From IMG/VR virus record IMGVR_UViG_3300007171_000004, positions 1 through 64,000 of that record: a stretch of 64,000 nt of DNA; one strand, written 5' to 3'. Shown here one piece after another: positions 10,140-20,096 of the stretch. The stretch comes from a virus (taxonomy: Duplodnaviria; Caudoviricetes). The position numbers and the translations under genes are program-made. Position 1 is the first letter of the stretch. Each line of letters opens with the position of its first letter. Under the pieces are notes generated by a model. That model worked only from the letters and a program-made list of their open reading frames with translations, did not search any database and had not been told where the DNA came from.

Positions 10140-11713
10140 TGCCAACTCCAACAGGTTTTCAAAGAAACTTAATAACTGTTCGTGCTACGCCAACTCCTTC
10201 TCAAGGCAACTCAGAACTTCAGAATGGTTTATTTAACAGTGATGGATTAAGAATGGTCCATAACTTTCAAATGCCAGATACAGATACAATCACTACAATC
10301 GGCATTCATATTGCTGGTCATGGTCCCGGAACTTTACAAAAACATCTTAAAGTTGGAATTCAATCTATAGCACCTAATGGACAACCTACAGGAACTTGGA
10401 GAACAGTAATAGATTATTATTCCAATGGTAATTCAGCAACAGGTTTACAAACATTTAATCTTTCCCCATCTTTAACTTTAAATCGTGGAGAATATTACGC
10501 TGTAGTAATCCAATCTATATCAGGACATGCAACAGATAACTACACATACGTTTCATCTGTAAGAAATGGAGTTTTGCAATCAGGTCTTCCATATACAGTA
10601 AGACCAGATTTCTTTATAGAGTACAGAGGAGAGCCTTATATTGTTGTAAGATCAGCTACAAACTCATATTCTATTCCCCTAGTGACATATCCAATTCAAG
10701 AAGCTTTTAATCAAACACTAGAAAAAGGATTTAAATTTAATCTCAATCCTTCTGTTGGTTCAAGATTTACATTAAGAGGGGTGAAAATTTATGCAGATCT
10801 TTCACTCTATAATGCAACAATTAATATGAATCTTTATGACTCTGATGGAACAACAATTTTAGATACAGTGACATTAGATACAGATTTACCAGCAGACTTA
10901 CAAAATGTTTTCCACACCTTATATTTTGATGGCACATTTCTACCTCAAATCTATACAAATAAGAACTATTATATAGGTTTCACTACTAATTCATCTACCA
11001 ACATGTTTTTGAATTCTTATGAGGTTTATAACATTCAAGATTGGGGTTATATTACAAACCATCAATTTACATATTATAACAAAAATAATAATGTGATAAC
11101 TGAAACAAATACAAAGAGAATTATTGTTGAATTAATTCTTGAAGATGTATCAGGAATGTCAGTGGCTTATACAAATGCTGAGATTAATCAACAAGTAGCA
11201 GCAGGAATTACAAGCAGGACAGAATTTATATACCTTAATGCTTCTGGATATACATTTAATACCGCAGGACTTTCAGCATCATATATCAGATCAGGATCAA
11301 CAAGAACTTCTATTACATTAGCTTCTCAAACTGTTAATGGATCTTTTGTTTCAGGTGGTTTTGTTGAGGTTGATTCCCTAAACATGCCGGGACTTTATAG
11401 ATTTGATGTCCCCGATGCAGTGTTTGTAAGCGGTGTTAAATCAGCTGCTGTAGAAATAATAAATAGTAATACAAATGACAGGTTTATTATTACATACAAT
11501 TTCCTAGAATCAATGACTTTAGACTTTGCACAAGCTATTCCCCTTACGAACACTCCTGGAACAATTGGAGATGCTTTAAATGCAGCTAGGGCAACAGGTT
11601 TTGGAAGATGGGTTATTACAGGAAACACAATGAATTTATATGGACCTGATAATACAACGGTTATTAAGACCTTTACATTAGATTCAGGGTCTGCGCCAAA
11701 GAGTAGGAGTTAA
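10139..11713 (+). CDS. Putative virion surface protein: beta-sandwich N-terminus plus conserved C-terminal module
   Basis: N-terminus ITTIGIHI...LKVGIQ resembles 3734..5884; C-terminal module SGGFVEVD/MPGLYRFDVPDA/GDALNAARATGFGRW. Confidence 0.75.
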   Translation: MPTPTGFQRNLITVRATPTPSQGNSELQNGLFNSDGLRMVHNFQMPDTDTITTIGIHIAGHGPGTLQKHLKVGIQSIAPNGQPTGTWRTVIDYYSNGNSATGLQTFNLSPSLTLNRGEYYAVVIQSISGHATDNYTYVSSVRNGVLQSGLPYTVRPDFFIEYRGEPYIVVRSATNSYSIPLVTYPIQEAFNQTLEKGFKFNLNPSVGSRFTLRGVKIYADLSLYNATINMNLYDSDGTTILDTVTLDTDLPADLQNVFHTLYFDGTFLPQIYTNKNYYIGFTTNSSTNMFLNSYEVYNIQDWGYITNHQFTYYNKNNNVITETNTKRIIVELILEDVSGMSVAYTNAEINQQVAAGITSRTEFIYLNASGYTFNTAGLSASYIRSGSTRTSITLASQTVNGSFVSGGFVEVDSLNMPGLYRFDVPDAVFVSGVKSAAVEIINSNTNDRFIITYNFLESMTLDFAQAIPLTNTPGTIGDALNAARATGFGRWVITGNTMNLYGPDNTTVIKTFTLDSGSAPKSRS

Positions 11714-11715
11714 GA

Positions 11716-12048
11716 ATGTATATTGAACATCCAGAATTAGTGAAATTTAGCAACGAAAAGACTAGAATTTGTGCAGATTCTATTCTTCAATCATACAACA
11801 CAATGAAGCAATTTTTAGATCATTTTGAAGCATTAATCGAAACAATGCCAAACACCACCGATCAGATTGCAGATGGTTCTCATGATGCTATGGGACAGTT
11901 TGCAGATGGAAGAAAACCTATCACCGGAGCGCAAACATTAGAATTTAAAGCTGCTGTAGAACAAATTATTGCTCTTTATGAATCTAATGACAACCTAATT
12001 AAAAAGACCTTATTACATATTGCAGTGAATGGTCAGGCTAGATTCTAA
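11716..12048 (+). CDS. 110-aa hypothetical protein, paralog of 1273..1605
   Basis: Same length and motifs as 1273..1605; coupled to the next gene through TAATG. Confidence 0.8.
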   Translation: MYIEHPELVKFSNEKTRICADSILQSYNTMKQFLDHFEALIETMPNTTDQIADGSHDAMGQFADGRKPITGAQTLEFKAAVEQIIALYESNDNLIKKTLLHIAVNGQARF

Positions 12049-14876
12049 TGGCAATATCAGGTTATTCAGTGTGGGAAGTTCAAAGCGCAGGAAGTGACAC
12101 AAATTCTGGCTGTTTTGATCCTAATGCCACAATGACTAGCACTTTATCAACAACTAACGGAACAAATGCTAATCCTATTGTTACAGCTTCTAATTATGCT
12201 TTCGTTTCAGATGACATTGGACATTATCTCTATATAAAATCTGGAAGTGGTTGGTATCCTGGTTGGTATAAAATTCTTTCAGTTTCTTCTGGAGCTGCTA
12301 CTGTTCAGGCTGGCTTAAATAATGCAACTCAAGGTAACGGAGTTTTAAACGTTTTAACAGGGATTTCATCTTCAAATTCAAATTCATCAGGAACTTGGGC
12401 AGTTGATTATTCACAAAAACCAACAGCATTTAAAACATACACAGATTTATTTACATATACAAATACAGGAGTAAATTCAGCTGCACAACCTTTTACTCCT
12501 AACTTAATCGGCAATGTTTTAAATGTCACTGGTGGCACGGGATACTTTACTGGTAGATTTGTAATTAATAGCGTAACAGGAAACAATGCAGGTTTAGATC
12601 GTACAATTGCTGCTTCTAATACTTCTGGCGGACAAGCAACTTTAGGCGGAGCAATGGCATCTGTCCAAAGTTGTTTAGCTACAATCAGGCCAAACAGTGG
12701 TAGTGGCAGTCTATATCTTAGAATTTTTATAAAAGCTGATGCTACTTATAATGTTAACTCCTCCATAACTGTAGATTGTCCAGATTATTTTAGTTTGATT
12801 GGTTATGGAACAGTTAGAGGAGATAGACAAAAGCCATTAATTAGTATAAACGCAAACAATGTGACTTTCTTAAAAGGTGGAAGTTATGTCCCGCAACAAA
12901 TGAGATGGTTTAATATTAAAGTTACAGGAAATGGTTTTACAACTAGTACATATGCATGGTCTTTTGTTCAATTTAGTGGATTAAGGCAAGTAGTAACAAA
13001 TTGTGAATTCTATGATATGACTCTCTTGGGAGGTGCATATGGTGTAGGATTTAATTTTGATAAATGCTATTTCAAAGGCATTACAGGCTCTTGTAATGAC
13101 TCACCTCATGTTGTAAATTCTTGTACTATTGATTCATGCACAAGCCCTAGATTCTGGGGTGGACAAGCATATAATTCATTGTTTTTTAATTCTGGAGGAT
13201 GTGTTTTTGGTAACGGTTCTGGGATTATGAATGTTAAAAATTGCACTTTTTATAATTGCAACACTCCCATTTGGATACATAACAATTGTCATGGAGGCAA
13301 TACACAGCATACAATTATAGAAAACAATATTTTCTCTAATAATTCTGGATATGCGATTCAAGGTATAGGATTAGCAAACTGTGGAGAACATGCTTCAGCT
13401 ACCGTTCAAAATAATGCCTTTTATCTTAATTCTTCTGGAAATTTCAATTATGGCTACAACTCATATAATGTAAATATGGTTGAAAGTGTTGATAATGTAA
13501 TATTAACTGCTTCACCTTTTGTTTCTACAGCTACAAATGATTATAGACTAAACAATACAATAGGTGGAGGATTAAATTGCAAAGGAAAGGGAGCACCGAG
13601 TTTATATTTCAATAATAGCGCAGCAAACTCAATTGACATAGGAGCGGTGCAATCAGCCTCTAACAATCTTGATAAAACCCTTGGAACTTTAAATAAACCA
13701 ATCCTTATTAAAGCTGGAACAACTGGATATACAGAATTTGTCTATCTCTCAAATACAGGCTATACATATCAAACAACAGGATTAAAAGCTTTCTATATTA
13801 GACCTGGAATCAATAATACACAAATTACTCTAGCATCTCAAACAGTAAATGGATCTTATGTTTCTGGAGGATTTGTAGAAGTTGATGCTGTGAATATGCC
13901 TGGACTTTATAGAATTGATGTCCCCGATGTTGTTTTAGCAAGCGGAGCAACAACCTCTGTATTACAAATTATCAATCAATCTAATAATGATAAAGCAATT
14001 ATATCTTATAAATTCCAAGATCCTATTAATTTAAATCTTACACAATCTGTTCCTTTGAATAACACTGACCAAACTGTAGGAGATGCTTTAAATTCCGCAA
14101 GAGCATATGGATTTGGAAAATGGGCTATTAATGGAAATCTTTTAGAATATTACACTCCTGATAATTTAACCATTATGAAATCTTTAACCTTGGACAATTC
14201 TAATTACCCAAGATCTAGAGGCACTGCATTCACTACATTTGGTCTTGTTATGAATTTAGATGCAAAAAATATTTCTTCTTATCCTGGTTATGGAAATACA
14301 TGGTTCGACACAACAGGTAACTTAAATCACGTAACCTTAACGAATGGGCCTGTATGGAATTCTAATGGGTACTTTGTAAATGATGCAGATTCTTATTTTA
14401 CTGGCGCTGGAACCTCTTCAATACCTATAGCAAATTCATCTTACTCTATGTTTGTTTATGTAAGAATGTCGAGTTGGGCCGATCAGAGAGGTTTTATTTC
14501 TATAGGTGGATTTGGAACCAATAATCAATCTAATGCTTTAAGAACACAAGGAAGCCTAGGGACATTGATTCATTATTGGTGGTGGAATGATTTATCCATA
14601 ACCAATAATAATGCAAATATAGCTCTTAATAGATGGTTTTACGTTGGAGCTACATTTGATGGCATTACAAGAAAAGTTTATGTAGATGGAATTCTTGTTG
14701 GATCTGATACACCTTCAAACCATAATGTAACTTCCACAGCTATTCAAATATCAAGAACCTCAAGTAATGAATATCAACAAGGTGATATTGCCACTGCTCA
14801 AATTTATAATAGAGCTTTAACAATAGAAGAAGTAAATGCAAATCTTCTTTATTTTAGAAATAGATTTGGCTTGTAA
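12048..14876 (+). CDS. Putative virion surface protein: beta-helix, conserved module, LamG-like domain; paralog of 1605..3734
   Basis: The first ~200 aa align with 1605..3734 (WYKI.SV.SGAAT, GTWAVDY.QK, FTPNLIGN); module followed by a C-terminal LamG domain. Confidence 0.8.
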   Translation: MAISGYSVWEVQSAGSDTNSGCFDPNATMTSTLSTTNGTNANPIVTASNYAFVSDDIGHYLYIKSGSGWYPGWYKILSVSSGAATVQAGLNNATQGNGVLNVLTGISSSNSNSSGTWAVDYSQKPTAFKTYTDLFTYTNTGVNSAAQPFTPNLIGNVLNVTGGTGYFTGRFVINSVTGNNAGLDRTIAASNTSGGQATLGGAMASVQSCLATIRPNSGSGSLYLRIFIKADATYNVNSSITVDCPDYFSLIGYGTVRGDRQKPLISINANNVTFLKGGSYVPQQMRWFNIKVTGNGFTTSTYAWSFVQFSGLRQVVTNCEFYDMTLLGGAYGVGFNFDKCYFKGITGSCNDSPHVVNSCTIDSCTSPRFWGGQAYNSLFFNSGGCVFGNGSGIMNVKNCTFYNCNTPIWIHNNCHGGNTQHTIIENNIFSNNSGYAIQGIGLANCGEHASATVQNNAFYLNSSGNFNYGYNSYNVNMVESVDNVILTASPFVSTATNDYRLNNTIGGGLNCKGKGAPSLYFNNSAANSIDIGAVQSASNNLDKTLGTLNKPILIKAGTTGYTEFVYLSNTGYTYQTTGLKAFYIRPGINNTQITLASQTVNGSYVSGGFVEVDAVNMPGLYRIDVPDVVLASGATTSVLQIINQSNNDKAIISYKFQDPINLNLTQSVPLNNTDQTVGDALNSARAYGFGKWAINGNLLEYYTPDNLTIMKSLTLDNSNYPRSRGTAFTTFGLVMNLDAKNISSYPGYGNTWFDTTGNLNHVTLTNGPVWNSNGYFVNDADSYFTGAGTSSIPIANSSYSMFVYVRMSSWADQRGFISIGGFGTNNQSNALRTQGSLGTLIHYWWWNDLSITNNNANIALNRWFYVGATFDGITRKVYVDGILVGSDTPSNHNVTSTAIQISRTSSNEYQQGDIATAQIYNRALTIEEVNANLLYFRNRFGL

Positions 14877-14909
14877 GGAACTGTCTCTGGATTTTAGAAA
14901 GATATATGT

Positions 14910-16562
14910 ATGGCAACTTATTATGTAACAGTATCTGGATTAACAACAAATACAGGATTGAGTGTTAATAGTCCTTGGTCTATAGGTAAAGCTTTTTCAA
15001 CAGCTACAGCAGGAGATACAGTATATATTGCTCCTGGAGAATATAGTGGGAATTTTACAGTAACAAATACAGGAACTTCTGGATCTAATTTAAATTTTAT
15101 AGGCGACCCTTTATTAACACAAAACTGGACCGGAATTTCTGCTGGAGAAGTTTCAATTACAGGTTTTACAAGCAATATCGCAGATCCACCAAATACAACT
15201 GCTATTGTTTCAATTACAAGCAAGTCTTATATAAATTTCTCATACATCACATTTAGAGGAAAGACTTTAAATGCAGCATATCCTGCTTCTCCAGCTGGAT
15301 TGCTAACATTGACTACCTCAAGCTTTATTAGTTTCAATAAATGTTATTTTGATCAATATAATACAAATGCACCATCTGTATTTATTACAAACTACACAAA
15401 CAATTTATTCAATTTTACTTTTACAAACTGCATTGCAAACTTCATTAGATCTACAAGTCACATGGTTTATATACTAAGTAACCAATCAGCTTCGACTTTT
15501 CCATGTAGTATAAAAAATTGTCTAGCAATCAATGGTGGAATTTATTATAATTACGTTTATGTTGGAAGAAATGACATTGCATCATCATTGGGAGGTTCTG
15601 TAATCCAGAATTGCACATGTATAAATGGCAACTCTGCAATAGAAACTGCAACTTCATCTTCAGTCAAAGATCAAGTTACAAACTGCTTGATTGCTTGCTC
15701 AACTGGATCATTAGTGGCATATCAAAGTGGAATCAATGAAAATTATAACAGAATTATATCAGGGCCTAGAACAAACACTCCAGTTGGTGCAAACTCTATT
15801 TCTGGAGGCACTTATGGTCTTGAAATAGGTGCATCTTTATTTTATGGATTACCTAATACACAATTCTATAATCCAACACCAAATTCTCAAAATCTAGCTA
15901 TTGGCACTTCCACTGGTTTACTTTCACCTGATCTTTATGGAGTTACATGGGCTAATCCACCAGCAGTAGGATCATCAACATATAGCCCATTAAGTAATCA
16001 AGCAATATATATACCATCTGATAGAACAACATTAAATTTAAATATATATGAAGGATCGACATCTCAATCTATTCAAGTATATCTTGGGCAAACAGGTTTA
16101 ACATTTAATAATTCAAATATAACAGTGAAATATGCTAAATTAAATCAATCTTCAACGAATGTGACTTTAGCTAATCAAACTCCTACAGGCTCTTGGGTCT
16201 CTGGAGGATTTTGTGAAATTGATTCTGTTAATATACCTGGTTACTATAGATTTGACATACCAGACGCTGCGCTTTCTCTTGGAACTAAATTATTAACAAT
16301 TACTTTTAAGGGATATAATTCTAGTACTAATGGAACTTTTGTCAATGTAAATCTGATAAAAGCGCAACTAGATATGACCCAACCTGTTCCTACATCTAAT
16401 ACAGCTCAAACGGTGGGAGATGCATTAAACGCAGCTAGAGCACAAGGTTTCGGTAAATGGACAATTAATGGGAATACATTGTCCTTTTATGCACCTGATG
16501 GAACTACAATAATTAAATCCTTTACATTAGATTCAGCAAAATTCCCAAGTCAGAGAGTATAG
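14910..16562 (+). CDS. Putative virion surface protein: beta-helix plus conserved C-terminal module
   Basis: MATYYV...G...PW...GDTVYIAPG.Y start; C-terminal module. Confidence 0.75.
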   Translation: MATYYVTVSGLTTNTGLSVNSPWSIGKAFSTATAGDTVYIAPGEYSGNFTVTNTGTSGSNLNFIGDPLLTQNWTGISAGEVSITGFTSNIADPPNTTAIVSITSKSYINFSYITFRGKTLNAAYPASPAGLLTLTTSSFISFNKCYFDQYNTNAPSVFITNYTNNLFNFTFTNCIANFIRSTSHMVYILSNQSASTFPCSIKNCLAINGGIYYNYVYVGRNDIASSLGGSVIQNCTCINGNSAIETATSSSVKDQVTNCLIACSTGSLVAYQSGINENYNRIISGPRTNTPVGANSISGGTYGLEIGASLFYGLPNTQFYNPTPNSQNLAIGTSTGLLSPDLYGVTWANPPAVGSSTYSPLSNQAIYIPSDRTTLNLNIYEGSTSQSIQVYLGQTGLTFNNSNITVKYAKLNQSSTNVTLANQTPTGSWVSGGFCEIDSVNIPGYYRFDIPDAALSLGTKLLTITFKGYNSSTNGTFVNVNLIKAQLDMTQPVPTSNTAQTVGDALNAARAQGFGKWTINGNTLSFYAPDGTTIIKSFTLDSAKFPSQRV

Positions 16563-16565
16563 TAA

Positions 16566-18242
16566 ATGGCCACTTATTATGTTAGACCGGATGGAAGCGA
16601 TTTAAACTCAGGATTAGGACCAGCAGCAAATCAAGCTTGGGCAACAATTGGGAAAGCTATGTCCAATAGTGTTTCTCCTAATGATCCTGCAACTGTCTAT
16701 ATTGCCCCAGGTACATATAGAGGACAAATAACAGCATCTTTTACAAATCCTTGGGACTATTCTAGAAGAATGTCATATTACGGAGACCCTACATGCTCTC
16801 AATTTTCGGGTATTTCTCCAGGACCTGTAGTCATAACAAATTTTACATCTAATACTTCATACCTTAATGTTTCTGGTGTCATCAGTATACAAAAAGATTA
16901 TTTGACATTTAGAGATATCACATTTCAGGGGTATATTCCTGGATCCGTTCCTAATTATGGGATTGTGATGAGTTTCAGGGGTATACAGATGATTTTTCAA
17001 AGATGTCAATTTATGGCTTACGTTGTTGACGATGCATATCCTATGACTTTTGTAATTCCAGCTGGTCAACAAGGATATACATTTGAATCATGTACATTTT
17101 TAGGTAAAGTAAATATCCAAGGGGAAGCTCATACTTCAGACTGGAACCCAAATACAACTGTAAAAAAATGTTTATTCATAAATGTTTCAAACAGAGCTAA
17201 CAATCAAGATAATTTAAATTTTCAAGCTTCTAGTGCTTGGCAATACGGTGGTGCTACTGTTTCTAATAATGTATTTATTTCATCAAGATATGGAGTGTCA
17301 AACATAGGGCAAAACTCTAGTTCTACATATCCTATTATTGTGAAAAACAATATTTTTTACACATCTGATTATTCTATATATGGGACCAATGCTAATCAAA
17401 TTATTGAATCATATAATATTTTTGTTACAGTAAATCCTAGAAATAACTTTGTTTATGCTGGGACTGGTAGTTATACTAATCCTATGCATTTATTTAATTT
17501 AGGTATGTCTCGAGTTCAAGGATGGAATCAAAATTTACCATTCTTTGCTTCTTTAAATTCTGGATTAGCAAATAATATTGGTACTTCTGTGGGAGCTGCA
17601 TCTTCGGACTTTAATGAGACTGCTTGGAATAATCCGTCCACACCAACTATAGGTATGTTCGAATATACTTTTAATGATCCTGTGGAAAAATACATGCCCC
17701 TAGAACGTCAAGTAGAATCTTTCACAGTATCTCCAAACACAACAAATAGAACAGAATTAATCTATCTTGGAGCTAAAGGATTAACACATACAACTCCATC
17801 TTTATCTGCTTCATATGTAAGAGCTGGAGCAATTAGAACAGCAATTACATTAGTAAGCCAAACCCCTAATGGATCTTGGACTTCTGGGGGATTCTGCGAA
17901 ATTGACTCTACAAACATGCCTGGAATTTATAGAATAGATGTACCAAATGCTGTTTTCGTTGCTGGAGCTGAATCTGCAATGCTACAACTCACCGGAGCTA
18001 GTCAAACAAATGGAGCTGTAGTGCATTATAATATGGCTAAAGTACAATTTGATCTTTCACAAAATGTACCGCTAACAAATACAGCACATAGTATCGGAGA
18101 CGCTTTAAATGCAGCCAGAGCCCAAGGATTCGGCAAATGGCAAATAGTTGGAAATACTATGAATATTTATGCTGAAGATGGAATTACTTTAGTGAAATCA
18201 TTTAATCTAGATTCAGGGTCTTATCCAACTCAGAGAATGTAA
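16566..18242 (+). CDS. Putative virion surface protein: beta-helix plus conserved C-terminal module
   Basis: MATYYVRPDGSD.NSG.GPAANQAW start nearly identical to 49745..51373; C-terminal module. Confidence 0.75.
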   Translation: MATYYVRPDGSDLNSGLGPAANQAWATIGKAMSNSVSPNDPATVYIAPGTYRGQITASFTNPWDYSRRMSYYGDPTCSQFSGISPGPVVITNFTSNTSYLNVSGVISIQKDYLTFRDITFQGYIPGSVPNYGIVMSFRGIQMIFQRCQFMAYVVDDAYPMTFVIPAGQQGYTFESCTFLGKVNIQGEAHTSDWNPNTTVKKCLFINVSNRANNQDNLNFQASSAWQYGGATVSNNVFISSRYGVSNIGQNSSSTYPIIVKNNIFYTSDYSIYGTNANQIIESYNIFVTVNPRNNFVYAGTGSYTNPMHLFNLGMSRVQGWNQNLPFFASLNSGLANNIGTSVGAASSDFNETAWNNPSTPTIGMFEYTFNDPVEKYMPLERQVESFTVSPNTTNRTELIYLGAKGLTHTTPSLSASYVRAGAIRTAITLVSQTPNGSWTSGGFCEIDSTNMPGIYRIDVPNAVFVAGAESAMLQLTGASQTNGAVVHYNMAKVQFDLSQNVPLTNTAHSIGDALNAARAQGFGKWQIVGNTMNIYAEDGITLVKSFNLDSGSYPTQRM

Positions 18243-18269
18243 AAAAAGGCTTCGAAAGAAGCCTTTTTT
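18242..18269. terminator. Bidirectional intrinsic terminator between convergent operons
   Basis: AAAAAAGGCTTC-GAAA-GAAGCCTTTTTT: perfect stem with A/T tracts on both sides. Confidence 0.9.
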
Positions 18270-18270
18270 C

Positions 18271-18975
18271 TTATTCAGATTTATCATTCAAAGATTTCTT
18301 AAGTTCTTTAATGAATTCTTGAAAAATTTCTACAGTAGATGTGTTTCTGCCAATATTAGCTGTGTAACAAGCAAGAACTACATTATCTCTTGTATATCCC
18401 TTGTATCTATCTAATCTATCTAAAGAAGGCTGCCAAGGATATTTAGCTATATTAGATGGTTTTATATCTACGTTAAACCAATAACATTTACCATTCTGCT
18501 TTACATAAAGTTCTTCAATGAAAGCTTCGTCAATATCAAAATCATATTTAGAATGTTTTTTTGCGTGAAGAAAACATCTTTTAGCCCATTTATTCAATTC
18601 ATAAGCTTTTCGTGAATTTGTAGTTATTTCATATTCACATTTTTTGCATTTTGATGAATAACCATCTATAAATAAAATTCGTTTTTTGAATTCACAAACA
18701 GGTTTTATAATTCCACAACTAGAACATTCTTTTTCGGATATAGTGTAAACAAAACTTTCTTCTTTTCTAGCCTTAAAATTTTCTTGACTTATTTTACGCT
18801 TTTCGGGGTCAAGCCCAATTCTTCTAGGTTCTATACCATTTTTACGTCTTATATTTCTTTTTTTTTCAAGGACACAAGTTTTACACCATAAGCTCAAACC
18901 ATCTTTTTTTGACTTGTTCTTATAAAAAAGCGAATGATCTAATAAATTTTTACAATTCAAACATAATTTTTCCAT
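18271..18975 (-). CDS. HNH-like (homing) endonuclease with two N-terminal CxxC...DG...CKxC zinc-finger repeats
   Basis: Two CxxC/CKxC repeats; C-terminal QNGKCYW...SLDRLDRYKGYTRDNVVLACYTAN motif typical of phage HNH-variant nucleases. Confidence 0.7.
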   Translation of the reverse strand: MEKLCLNCKNLLDHSLFYKNKSKKDGLSLWCKTCVLEKKRNIRRKNGIEPRRIGLDPEKRKISQENFKARKEESFVYTISEKECSSCGIIKPVCEFKKRILFIDGYSSKCKKCEYEITTNSRKAYELNKWAKRCFLHAKKHSKYDFDIDEAFIEELYVKQNGKCYWFNVDIKPSNIAKYPWQPSLDRLDRYKGYTRDNVVLACYTANIGRNTSTVEIFQEFIKELKKSLNDKSE

Positions 18976-19012
18976 AATATATAATTAAGGAAATATAACG
19001 TTTATCCCTTTT

Positions 19013-19303
19013 CTACTTTTCACTTCTCCAAGTTCCGCCTTTTGATTTGTAACGACGAGCTGCGCTTGCATTCGAATAAGCACTAGGGTGCGTATCATAT
19101 GTTCTTTTCGCCCAAGCCTGACATTCTGCCCAAAGAGAAGGATCGTTAGGCACATTCTTGCCAGATTTCTTCTTCTTTTTCTTGGATAACTTAACAAAAA
19201 TCTCATGTAATGCATCAGCTTCTACATGTAAGCCATTTTCTTCTAATTCTTCTAAAACATTATTAATTTGAGCTAAAATCGTCCTCATCATCATACCCCT
19301 CAT
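19013..19303 (-). CDS. Small basic phage protein with N-terminal leader motif (start probably at one of the MMM codons, 19288-19294)
   Basis: Leader LEELEENGLHVEADAL...VKLS; C-terminal HPSAYSNASAARRYKSKGGTW motif common in large phages. Confidence 0.65.
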   Translation of the reverse strand: MRGMMMRTILAQINNVLEELEENGLHVEADALHEIFVKLSKKKKKKSGKNVPNDPSLWAECQAWAKRTYDTHPSAYSNASAARRYKSKGGTWRSEK

Positions 19304-20096
19304 AATTATTCTCTTCGTAATATTTTTGCTTCTTATAATCTTCTAAATTTGTTTGTCCGACCATAGATTGTATTCTCATAGTTTTCATAAGATCTACAAT
19401 ATTTTCAGGAACTTCAAACAAACCTAACATAGATGGTGCAATATGTATGAAATTATCTTCTAACCCAATATAAGAAGACAATAATTCCGGTTGTTTAAAA
19501 TTCGGATCCATACTAAATGTTTCTTCTTGATATAGTTGTAATTGCTTTGGTCTTAAATCAATACCTACAGCCTTTGCAACACCCTCAGCATCTTCTTGGC
19601 TTGAAAATGTAACAATCTGACCCTTATATTTAAATAAACCTGTAGGACCTTCCAAGACATAAAGATCGTTAGGATGCATTACATATCCAGCATCCATACC
19701 CTTATCAAGCTTTTTATTATTAGCTATATCTGCATCAGGGTAAACAATCTTAAATTTATAACCAATATCTCTAGAGGTCATTCTTTCAACTGTAATATTT
19801 TCAACCCCGGTAATATAACTAGCTTTTTCCAGCACTTCTTTATATTGTTCAGGATTATCAATAGAAGAATTTTGAACTAATAATACATCTCCATTAGCAT
19901 CAATAAGTTCTTTGCCATTAGATGCATCAACAAGAACATTTACATTAATCTTGAAATCATCGTTTGGTTCGCTCATACCTAATGGATCTTCTTCTGACAT
20001 TTGTGCCTCAATCAATTTTATCACAATATCAGATTTCTTGAACAAACCTTTGGCATCTAAATTATGAGCTAGGATAATGTATTTTTTGTAGTTCAT
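19263..20096 (-). CDS. Acidic hypothetical protein with N-terminal leader motif
   Basis: 277-aa ORF starting LAHNLDAKGLFKKSD...IEAQ. Confidence 0.65.
   Translation of the reverse strand: MNYKKYIILAHNLDAKGLFKKSDIVIKLIEAQMSEEDPLGMSEPNDDFKINVNVLVDASNGKELIDANGDVLLVQNSSIDNPEQYKEVLEKASYITGVENITVERMTSRDIGYKFKIVYPDADIANNKKLDKGMDAGYVMHPNDLYVLEGPTGLFKYKGQIVTFSSQEDAEGVAKAVGIDLRPKQLQLYQEETFSMDPNFKQPELLSSYIGLEDNFIHIAPSMLGLFEVPENIVDLMKTMRIQSMVGQTNLEDYKKQKYYEENNYEGYDDEDDFSSN

Noticed and set aside
839-17072. Short antisense or alternate-frame ORFs inside the array (839, 1310, 2538, 7325, 11395, 13176, 14921, 16857)
   Set aside because: Fully nested in long, motif-supported genes, and several recur only because they shadow the repeated module.
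192-18242. Diversity-generating retroelement acting on the lectin or beta-helix genes
   Set aside because: No reverse transcriptase in the window, and I saw no near-identical TR/VR pair differing only at adenines. The paralogs differ at all base types.
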